A stretch of 64,000 nucleotides of DNA, from positions 239,010,001 to 239,074,000 of the forward strand of contig OZ024740.1 in assembly GCA_964016885.1 (NCBI GenBank), read 5' to 3'. The stretch comes from Eledone cirrhosa (Eukaryota). Shown piece by piece: positions 1 to 12,421 of this stretch; position 1 is the first letter of the stretch, and each line of letters begins with the position of its first letter. A program made the position numbers and the translations under genes. The notes below the pieces were generated by a model. It saw only the letters and a list, made by a program, of their open reading frames with translations. It searched no databases and was not told the origin of the DNA.

Positions 1-2
1 AG

Positions 3-172
3 GTACACATGGTCATATGAAGTGTATATTTGACAACCAGTTGAAGTCCCAGGACACAATCCTCATGAATCTGTACAAAAGAATTTTCCCTAAATGGACG
101 TATAGTCCTCGTGTATATGACCCCCCTCTAAAAGATTTGGAACAGTTGAATGAAGAAGAAATGGAGAACTGA
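3..172 (+). CDS. TSR1: Terminal coding exon of pre-rRNA-processing protein TSR1 (40S biogenesis factor)
   Basis: After AG at 1-2 the frame reads (G)[55 protein letters not shown], matching the conserved TSR1 C-terminus [34 protein letters not shown]; TGA at 170-172. Confidence 0.93.
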   Translation, partial: THGHMKCIFDNQLKSQDTILMNLYKRIFPKWTYSPRVYDPPLKDLEQLNEEEMEN

Positions 173-211
173 AAGTTAATTATACTGCCTTAAATTATAA
201 GTTAAAGAGAA

Positions 212-217
212 AATAAA
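212..217 (+). promoter_or_regulatory. Candidate polyadenylation signal of TSR1
   Basis: AATAAA about 40 nt after the stop codon. Confidence 0.45.
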
Positions 218-1014
218 TCTCCTAAAGCTAACTTTTTGTTGTTTATCCTGAAGTCAGCCCTGATCAAGCAGACCTACAAACAGTGTCATTCTACCCTTGA
301 TCATCCAATCATCTTGTTTTTAGACATAGCATCATTATCTAGTGCAAAGGTTCTCAACCCATTTTGCCCCTCAAAATCACCCCCCCCCCTTCCGCGCTCT
401 ATTTTTCCATTTTTCAATATACTACTGATTTTGATATCAGTAGATTACTGGGCCAAATCAAGTTATGTTAGAATCTTTAAAAAATACTTGTACGAATTAA
501 ATACAAAAAGGTTTCAGTCCAAAACAAAAGCAAGCTATTTCAAATTATATATTTAAAAAAAAAAAAAATAGATTTGATCTCAGTCGAAAAAGCTTTTTTT
601 TTTTAAATTCTATATTTCACTGTTAGCTGTTGTAATATTTTGAGTGGATAGACAATTCTACAATTCAAACTGTAAAGTCAATATACAAAAGATGCAAAAT
701 ATGAAGAATTTCTTACCTTTCTCTGCAATCACAAACTCAGGGGAAAAATAGTACCTTGCAAAATAAAATATCTCGTAGCAAAATAAAATACTTAGTAGCA
801 ACGAATGAATTGAGAAGCTTGGTGACAGTGAGAAAGCCATATCTGTATCCCTTATATATATACATAGATAGATACACACACATAAACGCACACGTACACA
901 CACCCAAACTTGTGTGTTTGTGTGCCTTGGTTTTGGTACAGAAAGAATTTTGTCTCCAGTTTTTATTGCCAGGTCAAAAGGCCACTGCTCTTTTCAACAA
1001 CGCCAAATAACAAC

Positions 1015-1057
<43 letters not shown>

Positions 1058-1824
1058 GAAGAGAGACAGAGAGAGAAAGCAATGTGTGTGTGTATAATAT
1101 ATATATATATATATATATTATACACACACACACACATATATATATATATATCCTTACACACTTAAATATAAATGCATGTATATATACAAATGTATAAATG
1201 CATAGCTATATACATACGTAAATGTATGTATGTATGTAGATTTATATATATATAAATCTACATCCTTAGAAGACTATCCTTCACAGCCCAGATAAACATA
1301 ATATATACATATATACATATTTTATATTGCAATTACAGGTTTTCCATCAACCTATCATTGGTTCACTGTATTTGTAATGTCAAGAGTGGGAAGAGATTAT
1401 CTTCAATTCTATGCAGAACAAATATAGCAAAGATGTCATGATGCACTGACTTTTCGATATTTTCCCCCCATCTATGTTTACATCCTTCACAGATTTACAT
1501 CATTAGAAGTTATACACACATGATGGGCTTCCACAGATTCTCTGTCTACCAAATTCCTCAGCAGATATTAGTATACTCTAGGTTATGGTAAAACTTGAGC
1601 AAAGTTTCATTCAATGGAATTGAACTCTGACCACATGGCTGCAGGGCAAACTTCTTAACCACATTAACAAACTTCTTAACCACATTACCTCAAATAATGT
1701 TGGGATGCACACAAGTAATGCTAAGTGCAGAGGATCAGCAACTGACATACCTTGATGAAGCCCACCCTGCTTGTTTCTGCTGTAACTACCAGCAGATCTA
1801 CAAGCATATAGAAAATAGGATGGA

Positions 1825-1965
1825 CCTCCGTCAGTTATTCGATCAATGGAACAGCCTTCTGAATTAATGTGTACGTGGCTGAGCATTCCATAGACATGTG
1901 TGCCCATAACATAATTCTCAGGGAGATTCAGTGTGACAATGCTGGTCCTTTGAATTAGAGATATA
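1825..1965 (+). mobile_element. SINE family B fragment
   Basis: Shares 'gatcaa.ggaacag.ct...aattaa.gtg...gagcattcca...ttctcaggggagattcag.gtgac' with 9855-10000 and 44250-44360, and inverted at 2700-2820. Confidence 0.6.
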
Positions 1966-3502
1966 GTCCATCCTATCTGATGAACTTCCAAACAGTTTCC
2001 ATCTACTCAGTTTCACTCAGAAGGTATGGGTTGATCTGATGCTTGCCCAAGATGTCAGGCAGTGGGATTGAACCTGGGACCTATTGATTGTGAAGCCAAC
2101 TTCTTAACCATTCAGCTATGCTGTATGCACATTATCTAGAAGATAGAAGAATGGAGAGAGTATGTACCCAGATTGTCTCACTGCACTCCATACGGTAAAC
2201 CATGGTATGTCAGAGTGATCAGCATGATTTTCAGCCAAACAATATGTTATGTGAAACAATGGACCTCTATCATTTTGTCATTCAACTGACTGCAGGTATG
2301 CTATAGATTTACTGGACCTAGTGGTAAAACAAGTAAATCTCTACATGTTTGCTCGACCTGCTATATCTAGAGCTGCGACATTGTCTCAATCTGTATCCTA
2401 CCCAGGAACTGTAGATTAGAGTGGGGTGCTATAGTCCCCCTACATAATTTTTCATAATAACTTCGGCTGAATTTACACTCGCAAAGATTCAGCACGCCTT
2501 CTCCAATCGTCTCAGTTCATTGATGTTATCAATGTTGGTATCTTTCAGCAGGGTTTCAATGAATGAAACGGCTTGTCTTCCTATCTTCGTCCGACCGCTG
2601 GTTTCCAGAGCACAAGTTGTGATGCTATCTCTTCTGGATGACGGATGCAATGCCCAGCCAGTTTCATTCGTCTGCAGGCAACATTTTTTGAGATTGGTGG
2701 TAGTGATCTGTATAGTTCCTTATTAAGGAAACACACATTTGTGCAATGCTCAGTCACTTGTACGTAAATATCATGAGCATGCTGTTTCGTTGGTCAAAAC
2801 AACTGGGACACTCATCGGAGGACCAATGCATGCGCACACACACTCTCTTTCACACACACACACACACACAAATGGATGATTAATCACCCCATACGTACTT
2901 TATTTTATCGACCCCGTAAGGATGAAAGGCAAAGCTAATCCCACCGAGGTTAGCTTTGCCTTTCATCTTTACGGATAATAATAATAATAATAGGTTTAAA
3001 TCGAAGTTGTAACCGGAGATATCAATCGAATAGAGCAAATATCAATCGAATTGTTTGAGGCAGTCGCAAAGCACTCAATGGTGTGAAAAGTTAATACATT
3101 TTTGTTCACAGAGTTAAGAAAAGTGTGACACCAACAATAACACGACCAAGTGTATGTGGCCATAGTTTGTACCACAAGGATAAATACAAACAGGTAGGAG
3201 TCTAACATGGACCATTTCGAATAGATAAGAATCGATAGAAAACTATAAAAATCTTCAATAGGTTTCTGGGACTACGGAAATTGCAACACGAATTGCACAA
3301 TGAATACGCAAGTCGTAACTGCACTTAGCTATTGTTTAGCGATGGAACGGGAGATCCTTTCCTCTGTTGGTGTTCATTCAATATTATCAGATGATAATAT
3401 TGAACGAAACGGACGAAACGGAAGCATTCTACCGTAGTAGTAAATCTCCTGTGTCACCGGTTGGTTCTGCTAAGTTTCGTTGCTATTGTGTTTAACAAAT
3501 GA

Positions 3503-4260
3503 TTCTTCTTCTTCTCCTTCTTCTTCTTCTTCTTCTTCTTCTTCTTCTTCTTCTTCTTCTTCTTCTTCTTCTTCTTCTACCCGAAGGGGAAGAGTCCTCA
3601 AACATTCCTTCCAGCGAGTCCTGTCAGAAGCAACCGTTTCTAACTGATCCAGCTGGATTCCCAAGCGAGACCAGCCAACCGTCACCGTGTTTCTTGCCGA
3701 TTGGTTTTGCCCGTAAAATCTGTCCATTGATTCTTTCCTGAGACATTCTAACCACATACCCATAGTATCGGAACTGTGATCTCTCTCAATTCGGAGAAGT
3801 AGTGGCTTTACCTGGAGTGACTTTCTGATCTCTGAGCTACGCACTCTATCGTGTAACGTTACTCCAATGACCCTTCGGAGGAACTCCCTTTCGGCCGCTT
3901 GTATTCGTGATCGTATTTTTTCAGTCGTTACCCAAGATTCACGACCATAACAAAAGTTGGAACGAATACTGAATTGAAGATAGCGAGTTTGGCTTTTATA
4001 CCTACTGATTACCAAATACTGAAGCTGGCACATTACTGCACTAGCTCCTGCAATTCTTGCACTTAATTCAGCCTTATGCTTTCCATCACTCAAGGACACT
4101 GCTCCGAGATACTTGAACTTCTTTACCTGCTTCAGTGGAACTCCATGTAGAGTGCACTGCACAAGCTTCCTGGAGTAGACGAGTGTTTCTGTTTTTGCAG
4201 CACTGATTTTCATTCTAGCCATGCAGCACCCGACTTCAGATCAGCAAATAAAGTGCACTG
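3503..4260 (-). mobile_element. RTE-clade LINE 3' part (RT C-terminus) with (GAA)n tail
   Basis: ORF 3470-4222: MKISAAKTETLV...KFKYLGAV...YGRESWVTT...RIQAAEREFLRRVIGVTLHDRVRSSEIR; (TTC)n at 3503-3578 is the tail. Confidence 0.85.
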
Positions 4261-4264
4261 ACTG

Positions 4265-5205
4265 ACCATCCGCCGACTTCGTAATAAGAAGTCCTCCTCC
4301 ACATCTGCTATCAAGTGGGTTCTCTTCTGGGGTTTTCCTCTCTTCAGAGAGGTGCATCCTCGCGGGGTGGAGAGAATGCTTTTTTGAACTCCTAAATTAG
4401 ATCACAACAGTATTTTCTGATGAATAGGGGGTGTATCTGGGAGCGGTGGCTAAACTCTCGGTGACTGAGGTCACATGGGAAGTTAAAGAGCTCAAATGTG
4501 GCAAAGCTGCTGGGCAAAATGAAATCCGACCCGAGATATTAAAAGCCTTAGATAGAGAAGGTATTCTCTTGCTGGCTCGTGTGTGCCGGGTAGCCTGGAT
4601 CTAAACAATGGCAATAGGGAGCGATAATCTCAATTTTCAAAAAGGGAGACAAGAGAGCTTTTCTAATTACAGAAAGATCTCAATTTAAGCCTTCCAGGTA
4701 AAGTCTATGCTAAATGTCTGGCAAATAGATGCAGGGAGATTGTCGAGTTCAAGCTAACTGATGAACAGTGCAGTTTCGCTCCAGACGCAGCACAACTGAC
4801 GAAATATTCACACTGCGATAGGTTTTCAAGAAATCGTGGGAGTATTGCCAAGAGGTATATTTTTGTTTTCACTGCGTTCCTCGGGACTTGCTATGGAAGG
4901 TTCTGCCGGAATATGGGATCGATGGTCAGCTTCTTGTTACCCTGATGTCTCTATACGAATGCCCGAGTATTTGTGTTCGGATAAATGTTGTTAAATCGAA
5001 ACCATTTAATGTAGGGGTCGGACTCCACCAAGGGTGCATACAGTCACCTCTCCTGTTCATTATTTTTATGAACAGGATTGATATCCATAGCCAGGTTAGA
5101 AGTTGCATCATGACTGGCAGGTCTAAAATTAGTCGGCTGGAATTTGCAGACGACATGGTGTTACTTAACCCGATAGAAGGTGATCTCTGAGTTGCACTTG
5201 ATAGA
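4265..5205 (+). mobile_element. RTE-clade LINE RT fragment, inverted relative to its 3' part; frameshifted
   Basis: KAAGQNEIRPEILKAL, IFKKGD, LPGKVYAK, GLHQGCIQSPLLFIIFM and LEFADDMVLL RT motifs. Confidence 0.85.
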
Positions 5206-5399
5206 ATCATAATTAATATAATGAAAGTTGTATTCCATTACTCTACTCAGACCTAATAGAATAGCCCCTTGCCCCCTCAAATATATTAGTATCATTATAT
5301 TGTGTTTTAATGGTTAATTTAGTTAAGTGTTCAAATATGATTCTATAGATCTGAAAAGGTCAAATCATCAATTTGTTTAGTTACTAATTAAGTAAAATG

Positions 5400-6615
5400 C
5401 CGAATGTTGGCTGGGAAAATGTTTTGTTTCGAGAACTTTTAACGAATTTCGTATATACCTAAGGACAGCAAACAACAAACAGTAATAGATCAGGGCCCAG
5501 ACAGCCAAAGAGGAGACCAGGAATATTTAACATCCACGCATAAAAAAGGACATTTCAGTTCTTTTGAATTATAAGGAGTTCTTCACTGGGATCAGAAAGC
5601 TGTTTACAGAATTTTTTTAGAAGGCTCTGCAAACGATGTTAATTTTCTTTAAACAAAATCGATGAATCTTAATGGTTTCTAATGATCGTCTTTTGAAACA
5701 TACTATACTGTACGATTGCATGTATAATTGGAGACTTCTAGAAAAGTCATTTTTGTTGCAGTTGTTCTGTCTTCATTCTCTCAATGAACATCAGCACAAT
5801 CAACCAACAAAACCCGATTTTCGTTTATATTTGTTATTCATCCAAATCAAGCGACGAATTTTAATTTTCCCAAGAGTAAATTTGGCAGCAATTTGGTTCA
5901 CTGCTTTTGATTTCTTTCATTCGTAATGGCCGAATTTATGATCGTGCATATTGTTTTCTGTGCAAAGGATAATAAAAAACAAAAACAAAACAAACTACAG
6001 CATGTTAGAGATAAAGAAAATGCGTTTTTAACAGAAGGAAATAGTAATTGGTAAAAAAAGTGAGCTGCTATTGAACTGAAAATGCTAAGTCATAAATGCT
6101 GCTATTGATTTAAAATGCTAAGTCATAAATGGAATAGTGTTAGAAAATTATTGAATGAATTTGCAAGAAAATATGTGCAAACAAATAATAAATGTGTAAC
6201 GGAAATTATTGAGTGACTATATTTCCCTCGTCGACATGGAATAGCTATGAAAGGAATCATCTAATACGATTGAAAGAGTAAGATAACTTAAATCTTCTGG
6301 TGTGGCTTAAAGTTGGTCCCTGGAGTGTCTTCTGTTTGAGAGTAGCTGACATTGCTATGGAAGATTTACTGGTGAAGTAGACACAAACCTTTTTTTTTCA
6401 ATTATTGCAAACGGATATATCGATGCATCCATCAAAGAACAGCTTACCTTAGGTATTTGTTGGATCAACAAACATTTGGGGGCCAATGTGGAATTCCTGA
6501 CTTTTTATTACTTGCCAAGTATACAATATTTTCAGTTATTCAGGTGCTCACAACACTGCATCTACATTTATGTAATTGTAGAGGAATGTGCTTTGACACA
6601 GTTGCTATCATGTTT
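5400..6615 (+). pseudogene. Decayed hAT-superfamily (ZMYM1/THAP12-like) transposase, 5' part
   Basis: Broken frames give WFTAFDF..DRAYCFLC (TTF-type Zn finger-like), DASIKEQLTLGICWI..EFLTFYYLPSI and CRGMCFD..AIM (compare CRGQCYDGASNM). Confidence 0.6.
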
Positions 6616-6624
6616 TTTTATGAA

Positions 6625-6789
6625 CCGTATTTCCGGCGCCGAAAACGCTTCGTCCTCGAGGACGCACCCTAATTTTGACAACCAAAAATTTGAAAAAATA
6701 AAAATAAACCACCTTTGGTCTCCAGGACGCATGGTAGATTTTTGAGACTAATTTTAGAAAAAAGTAGTCTTCGACGCCGGGAAATACAG
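6625..6789. mobile_element. pogo/Tigger-like MITE
   Basis: Terminal inverted repeats CCGTATTTCCGGCGCCGAAAAC / GTCTTCGACGCCGGGAAATACAG, followed by TA. Confidence 0.65.
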
Positions 6790-6807
6790 TAATTAATAAA
6801 CCCACTG

Positions 6808-7300
6808 TCATGCCGTTATAGTGCTGGCCGCCTCCTACACCATGCTGCTCTCAACGAAATCATAAAGCATGGCCTGAACGGCGCAGGCTTCACTTCTCAG
6901 CTCGAGCCAGCGGAGTATGACCGAGGGGTGGGGGTGTAAAAGGCCTGACGGCATGACAATCTTCCCGATCTGCGGGGGTAGGGCCCTCATCTGGAATGCT
7001 ACAAGCTGTGACACCGCTAGCAGCAATCTGGTGCGTTCGGCTACCAGCCCAGTTTTCGCTGCCCGTCAGGCCGAAGGGCAAACTGCCCAAGTATTGGCCA
7101 AGATTTGTTGTAGACCCTGTAAAAGTGGAGACTTCCAGCGTTCTTGGCCCCCGGACCACATCCCTGCTCACTGCTACCGGAGTGGAGTTGGCTGCTTGCG
7201 GTGCGAGCCTCGCGAGGATGAGTGACTGTTCCAGCGCGTCTCTCTCGCCGTTCTCCGGGGAAATGTCTACTCCATCTTGTTGGCCAGAACCAAAATCCGG
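6808..7300 (+). mobile_element. CRE-like non-LTR retrotransposon 3' fragment (restriction-like endonuclease)
   Basis: KRPDGMTIFP..GRALIWNATSCDT motif; similar to the minus-strand copy at 40510-41100. Confidence 0.75.
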
Positions 7301-7309
7301 ATGATATAT

Positions 7310-8030
7310 TAGAAAGCATGATTTGTACCATTAACTTTTCAAACCTATATCGTCTGCTTGATAGACAGCACCCACCTTAGAGCCTTTACATTCGTGAAAT
7401 AGTCCCTGTGTTGTTTACAGGTTACCAAGGTGCTAATATCTGTTAATATAAAAAAGTCTGAAATCAAATCGACGCCTCTGGTGGTATCTTAATTTTGAGT
7501 GCAGCCTGATGGGTTGTACGGGATGTTTGGTTTCAACGAATTCTTGATAATTATTTTGTCGTATTTGAATGTTGGCAAGATGAAAATGTTTACAGTAAAA
7601 ATTGAATGCCGATCGATGCTCTTGCCATATGATTAGATGTCGGGATTTATAATTTTCTTTTGGGACTAAATCTCAGCTAGCTCTGGTACTCGCATACAGA
7701 TAATTTATTGCAGTTTCTGTAAGCAGCTAAAATGTCTTCAACAGATAGACAGAAGATGGCTGAAATTATTAAATAACTTTTGAAAGATATAAAGATTAAT
7801 TTGACATCGTCTATGTTGATGCGTGGAACTTGTATAACCACGGAAGTGAAAGGTTTCTAGGAAAATTGAAATGAGAATTGGGAAAGTGCATTCTTGTTGA
7901 TCATTACAGATGTATATTTTGAGGTCAAAGATACAATAATCTACTCTATAGACAAACGCTTTGATGTGGCAAATTACAAGCTATATTGAAGGCTGGACAC
8001 ATTGCTTTTAAAAGCACCTCATCTGAAATA
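7310..8030 (+). pseudogene. Probable continuation of the hAT transposase remnant
   Basis: Coding-like AT-rich sequence resuming after the MITE and CRE insertions; motifs are weak. Confidence 0.3.
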
Positions 8031-8049
8031 ACCTTTATTATTATACTCC

Positions 8050-8270
8050 GCTGCGGTAGATTGGCAGAACAGTTAGAGCGTCAGGCAAATATTATGCAGT
8101 ATTTGTCCCAGGTCTTAAAGTTCTGAGTTTAAATCACGCCGAGGTCAACTTTTGCATTCCATCTTTTCGACGTCGATAAAATGTAGTACTGGCTAAATGC
8201 TGGATTAATTTGATTGAATATCCCCTCTCCCGCAAATTGCTGGCATCGTACCTAAGTTAGAAACCATTAT
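8050..8270 (+). mobile_element. tRNA-derived SINE family A (Meta-like central domain)
   Basis: A-box/B-box-like head (ttggcaga...gagtt.aaatc) plus 'aactttgcctttcatcctt...gtcgataaaat..gtac' core repeated throughout the window. Confidence 0.75.
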
Positions 8271-9516
8271 TATACGCAACTGACAGGTCATTAATTTTGT
8301 GGTTGTTTAACTTCCGGAAATTGAAAAAATCTATGAGGGAGAACTCTGTTGTTTGGCAGACATTGTAGGTCATCTGAATAAAAACAGAAAAAATAAAATA
8401 AAAATACAACCGATGACAATTACCTAATATAAGAGATTTGTATAATTTGCCAACTTTTACGGCTAAAGTTCACACCTGTTACGGTTAAACGGATCTTTTC
8501 TGTAGCAAAATGACTGAAGTCACGTTATCAGCCCTAATGGCATAGGAACGATTAAATTTGTTGGCTATATCCCTGCATAACTAAACACAAACAGACGAAA
8601 TAAATACGATTGCAGTTATTGTGGAACTTGTTTCCCAAGTAAAATAATTTCCGTAGATTCTGACTTGTACTCTCGTAAATTGGGTTTAATAATAAAGTTT
8701 ATAATTACGACCGTGGAACGCCAGCAGCACACAGACAAAAAAACAAAACAAGAGCTGTTAAAAAGGCGGATAAACTCTTCAGAGTTAACGGCCATTTACC
8801 CCAACAATGGGTTAAATAGCCTCACCAACACGCAATTAGCCAATACTGGTGAGTACGGCTACAGCCGTGAAATGACTAAAGCTAAACAAAAAGTGGTGGA
8901 GGTCAACCAGGGAGGGGTTCCTCCAATAGTAGTGAGAATGCCCTGGATTGGATTGGATTTAAACCTTATAAAGTCATCCTATAATTTATGTTTTTTTATA
9001 TATATACATTTCTTTAATCAAGGCTTTCTAAACCTACTAGTCTTGAAACAATACATGTTACAATCATAGGGAAATGTATTTCTCCGTACCTTTAGATATA
9101 ATTGGTATCAACTTTTGACATTTAAATCTTGTTCATTAGTAAATGGTTTTGTCACCTTCACTATATGCTAACATTAATTTTTTTCGAACTCCGATTTACA
9201 AAAACAAACGAACTAAACAAAATAAAGCAAATCTTCCAGTGCCGTGGTGCCATCTTATAAAAAGACACTTTAGATTTTCAGAAGAAAAATGGAATGGTCA
9301 TAGCTGGCATGGCTTTTGGTTATAGGTGTCTGTCTGCTTTGTCAGGGCTCACTTGGGCTAAACAACTTATCTGCTGGATCACAGTTGACTCGAATCTAAA
9401 CACCCCCACTACCATCATTCAAAACAATAAAATCTATTTCTTGTTTGGAAGAAATACGGCTTAACAACGATTTGTCACAGGCATTTGTAAGTAGTGTGTG
9501 TGTGTGTGTGTGTGTA

Positions 9517-9548
<32 letters not shown>

Positions 9549-9849
9549 TGTGTGTGTGTGTTGGGTATGTTGGGTATAGTAGATTGAAACAACCTTAGTA
9601 CATAACTGGTATTTATCTTCTGTCAATCCCAGACGGATGAAAATCAAAGTCGACTCTGGAACAATATAAGGGAAAGAAAAAGGAGCCGATCTTCATATCA
9701 GACCAATGAAACCATGTTTCCATTGCCGATGCTATCTGCCTGACACAACTCCTGACAGAAAGAGCCAGATCAGATAACGCAATGGATCCCATTCAATTTA
9801 ACATTTCTGCCAATCCACTGGCATGTTACATGTTGTACCTCCATCTGTT

Positions 9850-10150
9850 CCAACGACGAGTGTTCCAGTTGTTTTGATCAACGGAACAGTCTGCTCGTTA
9901 AATTAATGAGCATTCCACAAAAATGTGTATACTAAACGTGGTTCTCAGGGAGATTCAGCGGGACACAGTGCGTGACAAAGCTAACTCTTTGAATTACAGG
10001 TGCAGCTAATTTTTTGCCAGCCGAGTAGACCGAATAAACATGAAATAAAGTGTCTTGATCAAGGACACAACGCGCTACCACGAATCGAACTCACGACCAT
10101 ACGATTGTGGGCCGAACACCCTAACCACTCCACTAAATCATGCGCCTTCA
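9850..10150 (+). mobile_element. SINE family B copy
   Basis: Same motif string as 1825-1965, ending in a reverse-complement tRNA-like segment (gaatcgaactcacgacc...cctaaccact). Confidence 0.6.
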
Positions 10151-10724
10151 CAGCACCTCTTGACTCGTTTCTGAAAGGATGGATGGAAAAGTTAATTTCA
10201 GCAGGATTTGAACTAAGAGCACAGTGAGACGGAATAAATGCGACTTTGTCAATTCACTGCTTATAATAACAACTCTGAAACAACTCTACCCTTACTGACA
10301 GTTCATCGTCTTCCAATCAAGCTTAAATAATTAATTGGTTGTTGTTGTTTAACTCAAAGTCAGCTCTGATCACACGTATCTGAGATTAAAGATATCCAAG
10401 TCATGCATGATCATCTCGTCTTATTTTCAGTTATGGCCAAAGCTTGTACTACATTATTCAACGTATGCTTTTTTGAGATGGTGACTTGTTTGATGTTTCT
10501 AGCAGAACGAACAGTCACGTAAAAGCTTAATTAGTGCCCACGAGGAAACATATATGTAGTTGTTTGAAATAGCAGCTAAAACTTCCTCAAATCACAACAT
10601 CTTAAAAACGAAAAGACATTCAGAAATGTAGTCCTAGATACATAATGTCAGGAGTAGTAGGCAAGTTGGAGTGCTTTTGACTGCAGGTCTGCTCAATCAT
10701 GACTGGCCAGAGGGGCTAAATAAC

Positions 10725-10911
10725 TGTTTCTACGTTAGGCACAAGGCCAGCAATTACCCAGTGCATTACTGGCACTTTATTTTATCTACCCCGTAAGGAT
10801 GAAAGGCAAAGTTAACCTTGGCGGGATTTGAACTCAGAATGGCAAGGGCCGTAACTCTATACGTCAAAGCATGGCGTCCGACCCTCTACCAATACTGCCA
10901 ATCCACCGCCC
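10725..10911 (-). mobile_element. SINE family A, near full length
   Basis: Reverse complement of the 22436-22620 and 62471-62660 copies. Confidence 0.85.
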
Positions 10912-12274
10912 TAGAGGGGCTAAATAAAAACTAGTATCCATAACTATTGCATGTACTTTCAAACCAAAAATTCTTTCAACGTACAGAAATACCAGGTAGC
11001 GAATTGACAGTTCTTAGAACGGTGGGTAGAATGCTTTACTGTATTCGCGCCCTGAAATAAGATCCTCTCGAAGTCAACTTTGCTTTTCATCCTTTTGAAA
11101 TTGATAAATAAAGTCCCAGTTACGTACTGAGGCTCATTCTTTCTCATCCCCCTATCTCGCTCTCCCACTCTTTTTCTCTTGATGAAGTCGGCTGTATTCA
11201 AATCTGGAGAGAAGACGGGCTCCGCCAGGTTTTAAAGTGTCGAAGACACGTCGTATGTTATAATAGCGTCACCACAACTCCACCAGGAGTTAAGGGCCCA
11301 GTGAATGGAGAGAAATACTTTAACATGCTGAAAATAAGAATTTTGAGACCTGAACATAACATAGATGTCAGGAAGAGAAATACATACAAGATCAAAATTT
11401 GGTGATTTGTCATAAGTTTAAAAACTAATGTAATAAGTCTGCGTAATTGTTCGCAAGAGTTGTCAATAAAACATTGTATTTAGATCAATTAATCATAGTG
11501 ATCTGAAAATACTGATTATTGGATATTTAAAAAATAATATTCATTAAATATTTTTCACAACATCTAATTCAGAATTTAGCTAAAGATTCATGTTTCAGAA
11601 TATTTTATTGCTTTTAAATAAATCCATTGATGATAGCGTTTCCTGTATAAATTTGTAGAGGACTTTACGTTTTAACCTTAATTAATTATTTATTATCTTT
11701 TCGTATCTTTTATTTTTTTCTTGTTTTATTCATTCCTGTTTCTGAACACACGTTTATCTGTATCTGTGTATGCAGAGAAACTTGCCTCTAAATATAACCA
11801 GAGTAGGAGGTTTAACACACATAACTCTTTACAGCAGTTCATAAGACTGATGAAACCAATGTGTTGGTATTCATTAGAAATTGCTGTAGGTTGATGATTT
11901 TAAGAAAGCGTGGGCAGGTGGCGGGGGATCCAGAGAGTTAGATCTCTGAGAAGGAGTGACTAAAACAAAGGGCTTAGTGTGGTGATTCATGGGGTAAGGC
12001 ATATAAGAAAACTGAGGGTTGAATGGTCGGAGCAGGAGTGGAATCAACGAGAAGGAACAATGTATCTTTATGTTGTTCTAGTGTGTTAGTAAGTGATTAT
12101 TTACCAAGTATGTCATTATATTTAGTTGTGTACTTTTATGTTTTAAGTTCAAATCCCACCGAAGCCAACTTTACTGAAGTCGATCTAGTCGACTATATCC
12201 ACATCCATGTTTGTGGCTCTGTGCCTGTTAAACATTTCTATTTAAGATGCATGCATTTGTGTGTGTGTGCGTGT

Positions 12275-12371
<97 letters not shown>

Positions 12372-12421
12372 TGTTTGTGTGTGTGCACGTGTGTACCTGT
12401 GTATGTATGTATATATGTATG

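Noticed and set aside
955-1001. Possible UUGAAAA-type hammerhead on the minus strand
   Set aside because: No GAAA or NUH in the right place and the stems are poor
8665-9069. 134-aa ORF with a CTG/GTGAGT donor-like site and an imperfect hairpin at ~8790-8821
   Set aside because: No recognisable domain and no partner exons
11830-11889. Imperfect hairpin containing CUGAUGA...GAAA (type III hammerhead or pre-miRNA?)
   Set aside because: Stem I cannot form and the core spacing is wrong; no basis for calling a miRNA
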